From Syntrophomonadaceae bacterium (GTDB taxonomy: Bacteria > Bacillota > Dethiobacteria > DTU022), in NCBI GenBank assembly GCA_007128625.1, contig SKXC01000098.1, forward strand, positions 1 to 51,802: a stretch of DNA of 51,802 nucleotides. Direction: 5' to 3'. The notes under the pieces were generated by a model, which saw nothing but the letters and a program-made list of their open reading frames with translations, was not told the DNA's origin and ran no database searches. Positions 19,876-29,769 of the stretch are shown here, piece after piece (position 1 is the first letter of the stretch; each line of letters begins with the position of its first letter). Made by a program: the position numbers and the translations under genes.

Positions 19876-19904
19876 AATATAACATGTTTAAATGAAAAAT
19901 GCAA
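19876..19904 (-). promoter_or_regulatory. putative sigma-A promoter for csp, giving a 5' UTR of roughly 120 nt
   Basis: The minus strand reads TTGCAT, a 17-nt spacer, then TATATT. Long 5' leaders are typical of csp genes. Confidence 0.4.
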
Positions 19905-19991
19905 GTTTTATGTGTGGAAATGTGCAGAACGGAAAGTGCAGAAATCCAGTTGTTCAATTCCGGTGCTTGTTTACCCTTGTGTTTATCTTGC

Positions 19992-20195
19992 TTAAGCTAG
20001 TTCTAATGCATTGTTGGGACAGGCTTTGATACAATCCATGCAGCCTTTGCAGACCGGGGAAAAAATCACTGGCTTGTCATAAGGTTCTTCCTGTGCTAGA
20101 ATATTGAGAGAACAGGCCTTAACAGCAGCACATACTCCGTTATTACACTGTTCAGGTTGGCACTTTTTATAGTCGATCAGTAATAATCTAGGCAT
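19992..20195 (-). CDS. small 4Fe-4S ferredoxin-domain protein
   Basis: Canonical CKGCMDCIKACP motif plus an atypical first Cys group, CQPEQCNNGVCAAVKAC. ATG 20195 has better RBS spacing (AAGGA, about 8 nt) than ATG 20204. Confidence 0.6.
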   Translation of the reverse strand: MPRLLLIDYKKCQPEQCNNGVCAAVKACSLNILAQEEPYDKPVIFSPVCKGCMDCIKACPNNALELA

Positions 20196-20237
20196 GGCAA
20201 TCATCCTTTTAAGAAGCTGTAATTAAGGGCAAATCAT

Positions 20238-20266
20238 ATATTATAGTATTATAATATTATAGTATT
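20238..20266. repeat. 13-nt direct repeat (ATATTATAGTATT x2, 16-nt period) upstream of the ferredoxin-like gene
   Basis: 20238-20250 is identical to 20254-20266. Each copy contains TATAAT when read on the minus strand. Confidence 0.85.
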
Positions 20267-20464
20267 TAAATAGTAAGGTATATTGATAATCATGTCAACA
20301 ATATTGTCATACCGCTATCAGGACTCGAGTTTTAAATAATTTTTTAAAGGTATTCTAACAGTATTTTGGTAAGATTTGAAGCAGGCTATGGCAGTTATCT
20401 AACTTTTCGTTATTTATTTCCTTGCAAGATGAACGATTTTGGAAAGAAGATAATGGGGTGAATT

Positions 20465-21667
20465 ATGCAGGTTTGGTCTGATGTGGGAAAATTGAAGAAA
20501 GTCTTATTACACCGGCCTGGCCAGGAACTAGAAAACCTGACTCCTCGTTACCTGGAAGATTTGTTGTTTGATGAAATTCCATGGTTGGCCCAGGCTCAAA
20601 AAGAGCATGACGGATTTGCGCAAGTGCTGAGAGAAAGCGGGGCTGTAGTTTATTATGTGACCAACCTGTTAACAGATATTGCCGGTGATTCGGAAATAAA
20701 AAGTGAAATGATTAAAAAGCACCTTAAAGCAAGCCCTTTGATTGAATCAGATGTTTTAGACTATATTTATAGTTACCTTAACGAAAAGAATCCTGAACAA
20801 CTAATCGCGACAATTATTGCCGGGTTTCCCAAGAAGGAAATCCAGCACTTAAAAAAATACAGGACGTTAAGCGATTTGACCTTAGATAGTTATCCTTTCT
20901 ACCTGGCACCTTTACCCAACATGTATTTTACAAGAGATCACGGGGCAATGATCGGTCATAAACTGCAGGTTAGCAGTATGTTTAATCCAGCCCGCAGGTT
21001 GGAAACAACTTTCTTGCGTTTTATCCATAAATACCATCCCCTTTTTAAGAATGTTGAGCTGTCATTTCATGAAGAAATCCCTTATGGTATCGAGGGCGGA
21101 GATATCCTGGTATTAAACTCAGAAACTCTGGTTATCGGTTTAAGTGAACGGACAACAGAAGAAGCTATTGAATGGGTTGCTCAAAAATACCTGGTTGAAA
21201 ATGAATTGGTCAAACAAGTTGTTGTTATTCAGATCCCTTCCAGACGGGCGTATATGCACCTTGATACTGTATTTACTATGATTGATAACGATAAGTTCTT
21301 GATGTATCCGGGAATTAAAGATTTAATAAAAGTTTACTGGTTGGAAAGAGGTAAAGATAATCGGGTTTTGGCCAGCAATGGTTACAGCTTGCATGGGGCT
21401 TTATGCAAGGCTTTAAATCAAGGTATGGTAGAAATTATATATTCAGGGACAAATGATGAGATTACGGCAGCACGGGAGCAGTGGGGTGATAGCACAAACG
21501 CTTTAGCTGTCAAACCCGGTAAAGTCATCTGCTACGAGCGTAATGAAGTGACTAATAAGACCTTACGGCATCATGGCTTAGAGGTTATTGAAATTGATGG
21601 TTCTGAGCTGGTGCGTGGACGTGGTGGACCAAGGTGTATGAGCATGCCTCTTGATAGAGAAGGATAA
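20465..21667 (+). CDS. arcA: arginine deiminase
   Basis: 400 aa. N-terminus VWSDVGKLKKVLLHRPG and C-terminal catalytic Cys context GGPRCMSMPL. Full-length ArcA-like. Confidence 0.88.
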   Translation: MQVWSDVGKLKKVLLHRPGQELENLTPRYLEDLLFDEIPWLAQAQKEHDGFAQVLRESGAVVYYVTNLLTDIAGDSEIKSEMIKKHLKASPLIESDVLDYIYSYLNEKNPEQLIATIIAGFPKKEIQHLKKYRTLSDLTLDSYPFYLAPLPNMYFTRDHGAMIGHKLQVSSMFNPARRLETTFLRFIHKYHPLFKNVELSFHEEIPYGIEGGDILVLNSETLVIGLSERTTEEAIEWVAQKYLVENELVKQVVVIQIPSRRAYMHLDTVFTMIDNDKFLMYPGIKDLIKVYWLERGKDNRVLASNGYSLHGALCKALNQGMVEIIYSGTNDEITAAREQWGDSTNALAVKPGKVICYERNEVTNKTLRHHGLEVIEIDGSELVRGRGGPRCMSMPLDREG

Positions 21668-21700
21668 TAATTATAAAAATAACAGAACGGGGGATACAAG

Positions 21701-22702
21701 GTGGAAAGAGAACTATCTTTAGAATTTGTTCGTGTTACAGAAGCAGCGGCCCTTGCTTCAGGGAGGTTAATGGGTCGGGGCGATAAAGAAGCAGCTGATC
21801 AGGCTGCTGTTGATGCCATGCGTTCTGTTTTCGATACGGTGCATATTAATGGGACAGTAGTTATAGGTGAAGGCGAGATGGATGAGGCACCCATGCTTTA
21901 TATTGGTGAAAAGGTGGGAAACGGTTCTGAGCCTATCGTTGATATTGCAGTCGATCCTCTTGAAGGCACAAACCTGGTTGCCAGGGGTTTACCCAATGCA
22001 TTGTCGGTAGTAGCTATTGCTTTACAAGGATGTTTTTTACATGCACCGGATATTTATATGGATAAAATTGCTGTCGGTCCAAGGGCCCGTGGGTGCATTG
22101 ATTTGGATGCAACTGTGTCAGAAAACCTAAAAGCAGTGGCTGTAGCCTTAAAACGTAATGTTCAGGATTTAACAGCTATAATTCTTGATCGGCCGCGTCA
22201 TCAGAAGATTATCGAAGAGACCCGCCGGGCCGGGGCCAGGGTTAAGCTGATCAGTGACGGTGATGTTTCTGCTGCAATTGCAACGTCAATAGATAATACC
22301 GGGGTAGATATTTTATTTGGTATTGGAGGAGCTCCGGAAGGAGTTATAGCCGCTGCAGCCCTTAAAATTCTTGGAGGTGATATGCAGGGTCGTCTTATTC
22401 CCGAGGATGATGAAGACATGGAACGTATCAGAAATATGGGTCTAAAAAATGTTAAGAAGCTCCTTTATTTAGAAGATCTGGTTAAAGGCGATGACATTTT
22501 TTTTGCTGCCACAGGAATTACTGATGGTGACATGCTCAAAGGTGTGCGGTTTCGTGGGCAAACAGCAGAAACCCATTCTCTGGTTATGCGGGGGGTCACC
22601 GGGACCATTCGTAATATATATGCAACGCATACTCTTGAAAAAAAACCTTTATTTATTCCGGAATCAGCAAATTGCCGTAATCAGCCAGGAGTAAACAGGT
22701 AA
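21701..22702 (+). CDS. glpX: class II fructose-1,6-bisphosphatase
   Basis: 333 aa. [35 protein letters not shown] and DPLEGTN motifs typical of GlpX. GTG start. Confidence 0.9.
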   Translation: MERELSLEFVRVTEAAALASGRLMGRGDKEAADQAAVDAMRSVFDTVHINGTVVIGEGEMDEAPMLYIGEKVGNGSEPIVDIAVDPLEGTNLVARGLPNALSVVAIALQGCFLHAPDIYMDKIAVGPRARGCIDLDATVSENLKAVAVALKRNVQDLTAIILDRPRHQKIIEETRRAGARVKLISDGDVSAAIATSIDNTGVDILFGIGGAPEGVIAAAALKILGGDMQGRLIPEDDEDMERIRNMGLKNVKKLLYLEDLVKGDDIFFAATGITDGDMLKGVRFRGQTAETHSLVMRGVTGTIRNIYATHTLEKKPLFIPESANCRNQPGVNR

Positions 22703-22715
22703 AAGAAAATGCTGC

Positions 22716-23396
22716 TCAGCTATTCTTACGACTGTTAATATTTTTTGCATCGGGTAATTCGGTACAGAAGTAATGAATCCAGATATAAATGTTATTAAAC
22801 AGGGCTAAAAGTAAAGCAGCTGGTGAGGCAAACAAAATGCCGGGAATATATAATCCCAGGAGTCCGATTGTGTAGATACTGTTACCGGTATACTTGAATA
22901 TACCTTCATTAAGATGCTGATTGCTGCGATAAGCCGGGTCAAAATGATCTGCTCCGGCAAGGCGTTTAAAACCATAAAACCTGATTATTGAATAGAGCAG
23001 CCATAAGAAAGGGACTGCTATGATTAAAGCGATAGCCCAGCGGTTGAAGGCTGAAATGGCCAGAATATTTTGATTGCTGATAGCCACAAATATTAAAGCC
23101 GTAATACGGGCTGTAAGCAGAATTGAATAGTCTGCTAAATATGCAATATAACCAATCCGGGGCAAATTAACAGTCAGCCATTGAGTTTCCAGTTGTATTC
23201 GCCAGATTAACATAACATAAACCTGGTGCAGAACAGCAATGATAATGCCAATCCACATCCATGAAATGGTGGTAACTCCCAAAAATTCTCCCAGGGAAAA
23301 AAGAGGAAATCTGTTTATTGCCGCACTTAATGATACCAGCAGAAGGGCAAGCAGTGCAAAATGCCATTCTTGATTTTTAAAAATACTTTTTATCAC
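22716..23396 (-). CDS. polytopic membrane protein, possibly a degenerate PEMT/ICMT-type methyltransferase fold
   Basis: 226 aa with about 5-6 hydrophobic helices. The C-terminal block GIFKYTGNSIYTIGLLGLY resembles the G-x-Y-x-x-RHP-x-Y region of that family but lacks RHP. The call is weak. Confidence 0.3.
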   Translation of the reverse strand: MIKSIFKNQEWHFALLALLLVSLSAAINRFPLFSLGEFLGVTTISWMWIGIIIAVLHQVYVMLIWRIQLETQWLTVNLPRIGYIAYLADYSILLTARITALIFVAISNQNILAISAFNRWAIALIIAVPFLWLLYSIIRFYGFKRLAGADHFDPAYRSNQHLNEGIFKYTGNSIYTIGLLGLYIPGILFASPAALLLALFNNIYIWIHYFCTELPDAKNINSRKNS

Positions 23397-23417
23397 GGTT
23401 TTTTATAGGCCTCGTTC

Positions 23418-23870
23418 CTACTTGACAATAAGAACATTGGTTTGAGCCAACTGTAGTACTGCATTGCTGATACTGCCAAGAAATAACTTTTTAACACCGC
23501 CCATCCCTCTTCTACCTATAATAATAAGATCATAATTATCTTCTGAAGCGACTTTATTTATTACTTCGGCAGGGTGGCCTGTTTTAAAAATTGCATTAAC
23601 CGGAATATTATACTTTTCAAACTCTTTTTCAGCATCATTAAAATATTTTTTCCTTTCTTCCCAAAGCCGTTTATCCATATTTTTAAGCTGTTTTTCTTCT
23701 TCAGGACTAAACGGGTATTTCCCCTGCCAGTAATCAGGTAAAATAGTTGTACTTTCATGTACATGGATAATACTTATTTCATTAATAGAGCAGTTGCCAA
23801 TCATATCTGATGCTACTTTAATAACTTTTTTGCTAAATTCAGAGCCATCTGTGCATACTAAAATTTTCAT
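23418..23870 (-). CDS. universal stress protein (UspA family)
   Basis: 150 aa. MKILVCTDGSEFS and IIIGRRGMGGVKKLFLGSISNAVLQLAQTNVLIVK (ATP-binding G-2x-G-9x-GS motif). Confidence 0.85.
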   Translation of the reverse strand: MKILVCTDGSEFSKKVIKVASDMIGNCSINEISIIHVHESTTILPDYWQGKYPFSPEEEKQLKNMDKRLWEERKKYFNDAEKEFEKYNIPVNAIFKTGHPAEVINKVASEDNYDLIIIGRRGMGGVKKLFLGSISNAVLQLAQTNVLIVK

Positions 23871-24091
23871 TTACCTCTCCCCCTTCTCTTTATTAATTCT
23901 ATGATATCAAGATTATTCCTTCCTGCAATATGCTGCGCTGCAAGCTGTTACTACTTGATTAACAGATATGCTTATAATTAATAAAGGGATACAAGGCCTA
24001 AAAGAGAAGATATTAACTGTTTAATCTCCGGTTAATTTTTCTTTATGAAAGTAAAGCTGGTAATCTGCCAGTAAAAAAGCGAGGGTTTAAT

Positions 24092-25069
24092 ATGGTCTCA
24101 TTTCCGACGATTGAAGAGATTAATGATGCAGCAGAAAGAATTCAACCTTATATTCACCGCACGCCGGTTTTTACATCAAAGACGATTGATCACCTCTGCG
24201 GGAGAAGGATTTATTTTAAAGCTGAGAATTTACAAAAAGTTGGTGCTTTTAAAGTACGCGGGGCCACTAATGCTGTTTTTAGTCTTTTAGATAATCAGTT
24301 AAAGGGAGGAATAAAATCAGTAAAGGCTGTAGCCACCCATTCATCAGGCAATCATGCTGCTGCGCTGGCCTATGCTGCTTCCTGTGGCGCCATAAAGGCT
24401 TATGTTGTTATGCCGGAAAATGCCCCAGAGGTTAAAAAGGCAGCGGTTGCCGGTTACGGAGCGGATATTACTTTTTGTGAATCGACACAGCAGTCCCGTG
24501 AAGACACCCTGGCCTCGATAATAGAGCAAACCGGCGCCGTTTTTATTCATCCCTATAATGATTACCGCGTAATTACCGGTCAGGCCACAGCAGCCAGGGA
24601 GTTGTTGGAGCAGGTTCCTGAACTCGATGCAATTCTTGCCCCTGTAGGTGGAGGAGGGCTTTTAAGTGGCACTGCCCTTAGTGCCGCGGCGCTTAAACCG
24701 GGAACAGCTGTTTTTGGAGCTGAACCGGAGGGTGCTGATGATGCTTACAGGTCTCTACAGGCAAAAAAAATTATCCCGATTACAAACCCGCAGACAATTG
24801 CAGACGGTTTACGCACCTCTCTTGGCGATCTTACCTTTCCGATTATTCAAAGATATGTTAAAGATATCCTGACGGTTAGCGATACAGATATAATTAATGC
24901 GATGCGGCTGATCTGGGAAAGAATGAAACTAATTATAGAGCCTTCGGCAGCAGTCCCAATAGCTGCTATACTTACCAAAAAAGACCGGATAAAAGGCAAT
25001 AAAATAGGATTGATTGTTTCTGGCGGAAATGTCGATTTAGAAAAGCTCCCCTGGCTAAAACGTAATTGA
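24092..25069 (+). CDS. PLP-dependent serine/threonine dehydratase family enzyme (serine-racemase-like, short form)
   Basis: 325 aa. PLP-lysine motif KVGAFKVRGATNA and glycine loop PVGGGGLLSG. No C-terminal ACT regulatory domain. Confidence 0.8.
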   Translation: MVSFPTIEEINDAAERIQPYIHRTPVFTSKTIDHLCGRRIYFKAENLQKVGAFKVRGATNAVFSLLDNQLKGGIKSVKAVATHSSGNHAAALAYAASCGAIKAYVVMPENAPEVKKAAVAGYGADITFCESTQQSREDTLASIIEQTGAVFIHPYNDYRVITGQATAARELLEQVPELDAILAPVGGGGLLSGTALSAAALKPGTAVFGAEPEGADDAYRSLQAKKIIPITNPQTIADGLRTSLGDLTFPIIQRYVKDILTVSDTDIINAMRLIWERMKLIIEPSAAVPIAAILTKKDRIKGNKIGLIVSGGNVDLEKLPWLKRN

Positions 25070-25148
25070 TTTTTACCTGCCAAAAGAAGCAAAGGGTTAA
25101 CAACATTATCTAAGGAGGAAGTCAGGACAACGACTTATAAATATTTCC

Positions 25149-26393
25149 CTAAGGTTCCAGCAGGGAGCCCATAAAGATAATGGTGCCCGTCATGTCATCG
25201 GTAATAGCAAAGAAAAAGGGCCTGTCGACAATCATGGTGAAATGATCCGGCATTGCTGATTCCAGGGCGATCTCTACCGAGGTGACAGCAGCAGCTTCAG
25301 TACCTTCTTCGTTTACCTCGATGAAACTTTTATGTTTCACTTCACTGATGAATAACCTGGGCGGGATGTCGCGCATACCACTAAAGTCAGCAGCCTGGTC
25401 GTCAAAAGCAATTCCCATACCAAGATTTTTCAGAACCGCATTTAGAGAGGTCTCGTACTCAAATTCGAAACGGGGCAGGCCGAGTTCTACTTCGGATGAT
25501 TGATAGGAAGAAGACCATTCTTTCCAGCTTTCGGCATCAAGCTTTTCATAGAAGCCTTCTAATCCAGTTTCTTCCGAAGGCAGAAATACATGCATGCCAA
25601 GCCGTTCATTTTTGCCATAAGGCAGGCGAACTGCCTGGAAAAGTTCTGTTTCCAGGTATTCAAAGTCATCTTTCCTGAACATTACCGGGTGTTCTTTTTC
25701 AGAACCGTGGTTAAGTTTAAAAGGGATCTCCCGGGTTAATTCCGGGTCAAACGGTTCTGTCCATTCTCCATTGAAATAAATAGCATTGATCAAAAAGAGG
25801 ACTGTCAGGGGATCAATCGGCGGTTCAATAATATCTTCTATTGTTCCACGGGTTTTATCCTTAACCCAGTTATTGATAATATCTGTTGATCCGGGATCAT
25901 CAAAATCGAGATCAGTTACTTCGGCATCAAAGTATTTACTGTTACGCTGAAGGAAGTCTTCTTTAAATTCGATTCCTTTGCGGGCCCAAAGCGAATTGGC
26001 TGTTGTCATTTCTACTTTTGGATCCGGGTTTTTCAAGATGGTCAGCAAACTATAAAATGACTCGTTTACCTCAACCCTGCTCATGTCTTGAAAGAAAAGA
26101 GTTTCCTCCATTGCCGACCTGGTTTCTTCTTCAGCCCCGTTATAGGTCATGGCCAGGGCAATCAGGATGCTCGATGGTGAAATAAGGAGGTTATCATTTT
26201 TATCTTTGCCAAGTTCATGAAAAATATTGAAGCCCAGCCTGTTGTTGGCATTGATCAACCGCTCATCCAGTTCTTCTGCCGGGGCAGCCAGACTTTCTTC
26301 TGCTTCAAACCTTGCGCATCCGCCTCCCATAGTTAAAAAAAGCAGTCCGGCAATAAGAAATGCGCAAATTCCAATATAATATTTGTTATTCAT
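25149..26393 (-). CDS. serpin family protease inhibitor, probably a lipoprotein or secreted
   Basis: 414 aa. N-terminal hydrophobic signal ending in GGGC, a serpin core (NAIYFNGEW), an inhibitory-type hinge EEGTEAAAVT and DRPFFFAI at the C-terminus. Confidence 0.85.
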   Translation of the reverse strand: MNNKYYIGICAFLIAGLLFLTMGGGCARFEAEESLAAPAEELDERLINANNRLGFNIFHELGKDKNDNLLISPSSILIALAMTYNGAEEETRSAMEETLFFQDMSRVEVNESFYSLLTILKNPDPKVEMTTANSLWARKGIEFKEDFLQRNSKYFDAEVTDLDFDDPGSTDIINNWVKDKTRGTIEDIIEPPIDPLTVLFLINAIYFNGEWTEPFDPELTREIPFKLNHGSEKEHPVMFRKDDFEYLETELFQAVRLPYGKNERLGMHVFLPSEETGLEGFYEKLDAESWKEWSSSYQSSEVELGLPRFEFEYETSLNAVLKNLGMGIAFDDQAADFSGMRDIPPRLFISEVKHKSFIEVNEEGTEAAAVTSVEIALESAMPDHFTMIVDRPFFFAITDDMTGTIIFMGSLLEP

Positions 26394-26616
26394 CCCAGGT
26401 GCCTCCTTGTTTTAAAGCCTTTATTAATCAGACAATATGATTACTCAAATGGTTCCATTCTCTTAAAGGAATAAACGGTTAAAAAGGTGAATACTATTTA
26501 AAGTAAAGTTATTTTACAGAGCAAAAAATCATGAAACATCGATTTTTTGTATTAAGTGATAAAGCATTAAATTATCAATATGGGAACTTCAATATATGCT
26601 AAAGCAGGAGATAAAA

Positions 26617-28359
26617 ATGAACAATATGAATATAAAAATAAAAAATATCAAACAGTTATTGGCTGTGGCTCGTGGTGAGCAGCCACCTCAATTACTGCTT
26701 AAAAACGGACAAGTTATTGATGTTTTTAACTGCAGGGTTTTTAAGGGCAATGTGGCGGTTAATAATGGTATTATAGCTGCAGTTGGCAGTGAATACAAAA
26801 CCGGATTGAAAGAAATTGACCTTGACGGCGGCTTTATTGCTCCCGGCCTGATTGATGCCCACCTGCATGTGGAAAGCACGTTACTTTTACCTCCCGAATT
26901 GGGTCGGGTGATTTTAGGCCACGGTACTACTGCTGTAATTCATGATCCCCATGAGATTGCCAATGTCCTTGGTCTTGATGGAGTTAAGTTGATGCTTGAC
27001 CTTTCAGAAAGCAGCCCCTGTGATTTTTTTGCCACGGTTCCCTCTTCAGTTCCTTCTACTGATCTGGAGACTGCGGGTGGCGAGATTAATGCAGATCAGG
27101 TGGCACAACTGCTCAGGCACCCCCGTGTGGTTGGTCTTGGAGAGATGATGAATTATCCCGGAGTGATCAATGGAAATGAAGAAATGCTCCGTAAAATTAT
27201 CGCGGCCCAGAGTGCCGGCAAGGTGGTCGATGGGCATGCACCGTCAGTCCGGGGCAGCGACCTGCAGGCTTACCTTGCTGCCGGTGTGAGTACCGATCAT
27301 GAGTGTATAACTCCTGCCGAAGCACAGGAAAAGCTGAACAGTGGGATGAAGATTATAATCCGACACGGTTCAGCTACTTCTTCTTTGGATCAAATGTTAT
27401 CGCTTATTAACCCGTCCAACAGTGATTTCTTTATGTTTGGCAGTGATGATCGAGAAGTGGGTGAACTGCTTGAAAAGGGTCATGTAAACGAAATTTTAAA
27501 AAAAGCAGTTTCCCAGGGTGGAGATCCTCTTGTCATGATTAAAATTGCTTCTCTGAACCCGGCCCGTCACTACCGGTTATATGAGCGTGGAGCGATTGCT
27601 CCCGGTTACCGGGCAGACCTGGTTGTTTTTGAAGATCTGAAAAATTTCCAGACCAGGCTGGTTTTTAAAGATGGCCTGGAGGTATTCCGTGAAGGCCGCA
27701 TGCTTATTAGTGATCATAAAAAAAAGCTTCCGGCTGCAGCTCTTAATAGTGTAAAGCTGGCTAAACCACTGCAAAGTGCAGATTTCAACCTGTATCCTCC
27801 TTCTGATCAGATGCCTGTAATCGGGGTAATACCGGGTCAGTTGATTACCGAGAAACTGTTTTATAATGTTAAACGCCGAGATGACGGTTCGGTTCCGGCA
27901 GTGCCTGCACCCGGGATCAATAAAATTGCTGTTGTTGAACGGCATGGTAAAAATGGTCGTATCTCTGTGGCACTGATTAAAGGGATTGGTCTGAACAAAG
28001 GTGCGCTTGCTTCGAGTGTAGCCCATGATTCGCATAATATACTGGTGACAGGAGCCTGTGAAAAAGCGATGGCTGCAGCAGTCAATGAACTGGCCCGGGT
28101 AGGTGGGGGATTTGTGGTTGTGGGTGAAGATGCAGAGGTTAAAGCCTGCCTGCCGCTAAAAGCTGGCGGGTTAATGTCTGTTGAAAAGGCTGAAACAGTG
28201 GCGAAGAAGATGAATGATCTACTTACAGCTGCTCATGAACTGGGCACAGATTTGTCCCAGCCTTTCCTCACCCTTTCATTCATGGCTCTGCCGGTGATTC
28301 CTTCTTTGAAAATCACCGATCGCGGCCTGGTTGATGTTGATAACTCTACTATAATTTAA
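26617..28359 (+). CDS. ade: adenine deaminase
   Basis: About 580 aa. GLIDAHLHVES metal motif and full-length Ade architecture. I prefer ATG 26617 (AGGAG RBS) to 26596. Confidence 0.9.
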   Translation: MNNMNIKIKNIKQLLAVARGEQPPQLLLKNGQVIDVFNCRVFKGNVAVNNGIIAAVGSEYKTGLKEIDLDGGFIAPGLIDAHLHVESTLLLPPELGRVILGHGTTAVIHDPHEIANVLGLDGVKLMLDLSESSPCDFFATVPSSVPSTDLETAGGEINADQVAQLLRHPRVVGLGEMMNYPGVINGNEEMLRKIIAAQSAGKVVDGHAPSVRGSDLQAYLAAGVSTDHECITPAEAQEKLNSGMKIIIRHGSATSSLDQMLSLINPSNSDFFMFGSDDREVGELLEKGHVNEILKKAVSQGGDPLVMIKIASLNPARHYRLYERGAIAPGYRADLVVFEDLKNFQTRLVFKDGLEVFREGRMLISDHKKKLPAAALNSVKLAKPLQSADFNLYPPSDQMPVIGVIPGQLITEKLFYNVKRRDDGSVPAVPAPGINKIAVVERHGKNGRISVALIKGIGLNKGALASSVAHDSHNILVTGACEKAMAAAVNELARVGGGFVVVGEDAEVKACLPLKAGGLMSVEKAETVAKKMNDLLTAAHELGTDLSQPFLTLSFMALPVIPSLKITDRGLVDVDNSTII

Positions 28360-28470
28360 TAATATACTAAAGAATTATTAGTCTCGATGATTTGCAATTA
28401 TTAATTTAGACTCAATAAAATATGCTTAATCAGATCTCTGCACCATATAAATCACCAGGTTCCGGGTACT

Positions 28471-29754
28471 TTAAGAATAAATCTGCTCAAGGACTTCCTG
28501 GAAACCTTCGATGCGGGTAAGTGTCTGGCCCCATGGAAAGCTGGTCCCATCAATACAATCACCGTCTAAAGCCAGGAAAGGAATCCCCTTTTCCCTTAAT
28601 TTTTTCTTCATGAACATTGTGCCACCAGCTGATTGGCGGCATCCCCAGTGTGAGAAATGGACCACTCCGTGGGCCTGATAATCCTGACACATCTTTTCAA
28701 TTGTTTTTAAACGGCGGCCTATCGGTCCCAGACCAGGATGAGCAAGGATCTTTTGGGCCAGACTGAGAAAAGGTTTTTCCGGATCAAGGGGCGGCCAGTA
28801 AACGTAATTCATTTCCTCTGCAACTATCATCTGCTTCAACTCTTTTTCCAGGTAAGAGATCATCTCTGAAGAATAGTAGGGGCGCAGGTGTAACCAGATC
28901 AAGCGGAATTTTTCTTCTTCACCGGGGGTAGATTGTACTGCTTCATTGTTAACTATTGTTTGCAATTCTTCAGCCAGGGTTCGGTAAATTTCCGGAGTTT
29001 CGGGATGCCCCTGTCCGAGCAGGGTCAAATAGATGTAGCTCAATCCTTCTTCTCCGTTCATAGGAGAAGGGATTTGTTGGCGCAGGCGGCTGATTTCCAG
29101 TTGATAGCGGCGGGCCCGGTTGGAAAACTCAAAAACTTTTTTGATTCGCTCACCGGTAAGATTTTGACCGGTTTGTCGCTCCAGGTTGCGGGTAATGTCA
29201 GCCAGCTGCTCAGCGACATATTTTAAAGAGTCTTCATTTTCCCGGAAAGGGACATCTAATAAGAAAAGAGGCTTGTTGTAACGGCTGGCCATATATTGAA
29301 ACAGGCGGGGCGCACCGTCGCAAAGATGCGAACTGGCCATCAAAAAATCAGGAAGAGGGAAATATTCCAGGGTAGTTCCAGCTGCCGCACAACGGTGAAA
29401 AGAACAGCTGTCTGAGGCTATACCCATATGGTCGGATTGTTTAAGCAGATCCGGGGCCAGGTCTAATGAAGCCGAAGTTCCAGCGGCTGCTTCGGGAGCG
29501 AAAGGAACCAGGTCAAAAAAATATACTATCTCACTTGGGAAAAATGCGCTGGTCCAGGCTACTGGTTTTTTCTGCTGGTAAGCCTCGGCGGCCTGATCCA
29601 AAGCCATGGAAGTCATCTGTCTTCTTGCCTCGCAGGAAAAACTGTTCCTTTTGACAAAAACCTCTCTGGCTAACTGGTAAGTCCCCGGTGAGGCCAATAG
29701 TTTTCGGCCCAATTTACCCTTTAAGTTTTTTCTGAATAGCTTTTGAGGGTTCAT
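28471..29754 (-). CDS. 2-hydroxyacyl-CoA dehydratase / benzoyl-CoA reductase family subunit (HgdA-like)
   Basis: 427 aa. Contains KKPVAWTSAFFPSEIVYFFDLVP, DSCSFHRC, HLCDG, and C-terminal GVVHFSHWGCRQ ... GIPFLALDGDCID ... TRIEGFQEVLE, the pattern seen in HgdA/BcrB-type subunits. AGGTGA RBS 8 nt upstream. Confidence 0.7.
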   Translation of the reverse strand: MNPQKLFRKNLKGKLGRKLLASPGTYQLAREVFVKRNSFSCEARRQMTSMALDQAAEAYQQKKPVAWTSAFFPSEIVYFFDLVPFAPEAAAGTSASLDLAPDLLKQSDHMGIASDSCSFHRCAAAGTTLEYFPLPDFLMASSHLCDGAPRLFQYMASRYNKPLFLLDVPFRENEDSLKYVAEQLADITRNLERQTGQNLTGERIKKVFEFSNRARRYQLEISRLRQQIPSPMNGEEGLSYIYLTLLGQGHPETPEIYRTLAEELQTIVNNEAVQSTPGEEEKFRLIWLHLRPYYSSEMISYLEKELKQMIVAEEMNYVYWPPLDPEKPFLSLAQKILAHPGLGPIGRRLKTIEKMCQDYQAHGVVHFSHWGCRQSAGGTMFMKKKLREKGIPFLALDGDCIDGTSFPWGQTLTRIEGFQEVLEQIYS

Positions 29755-29769
29755 ATATATTCACCTATT

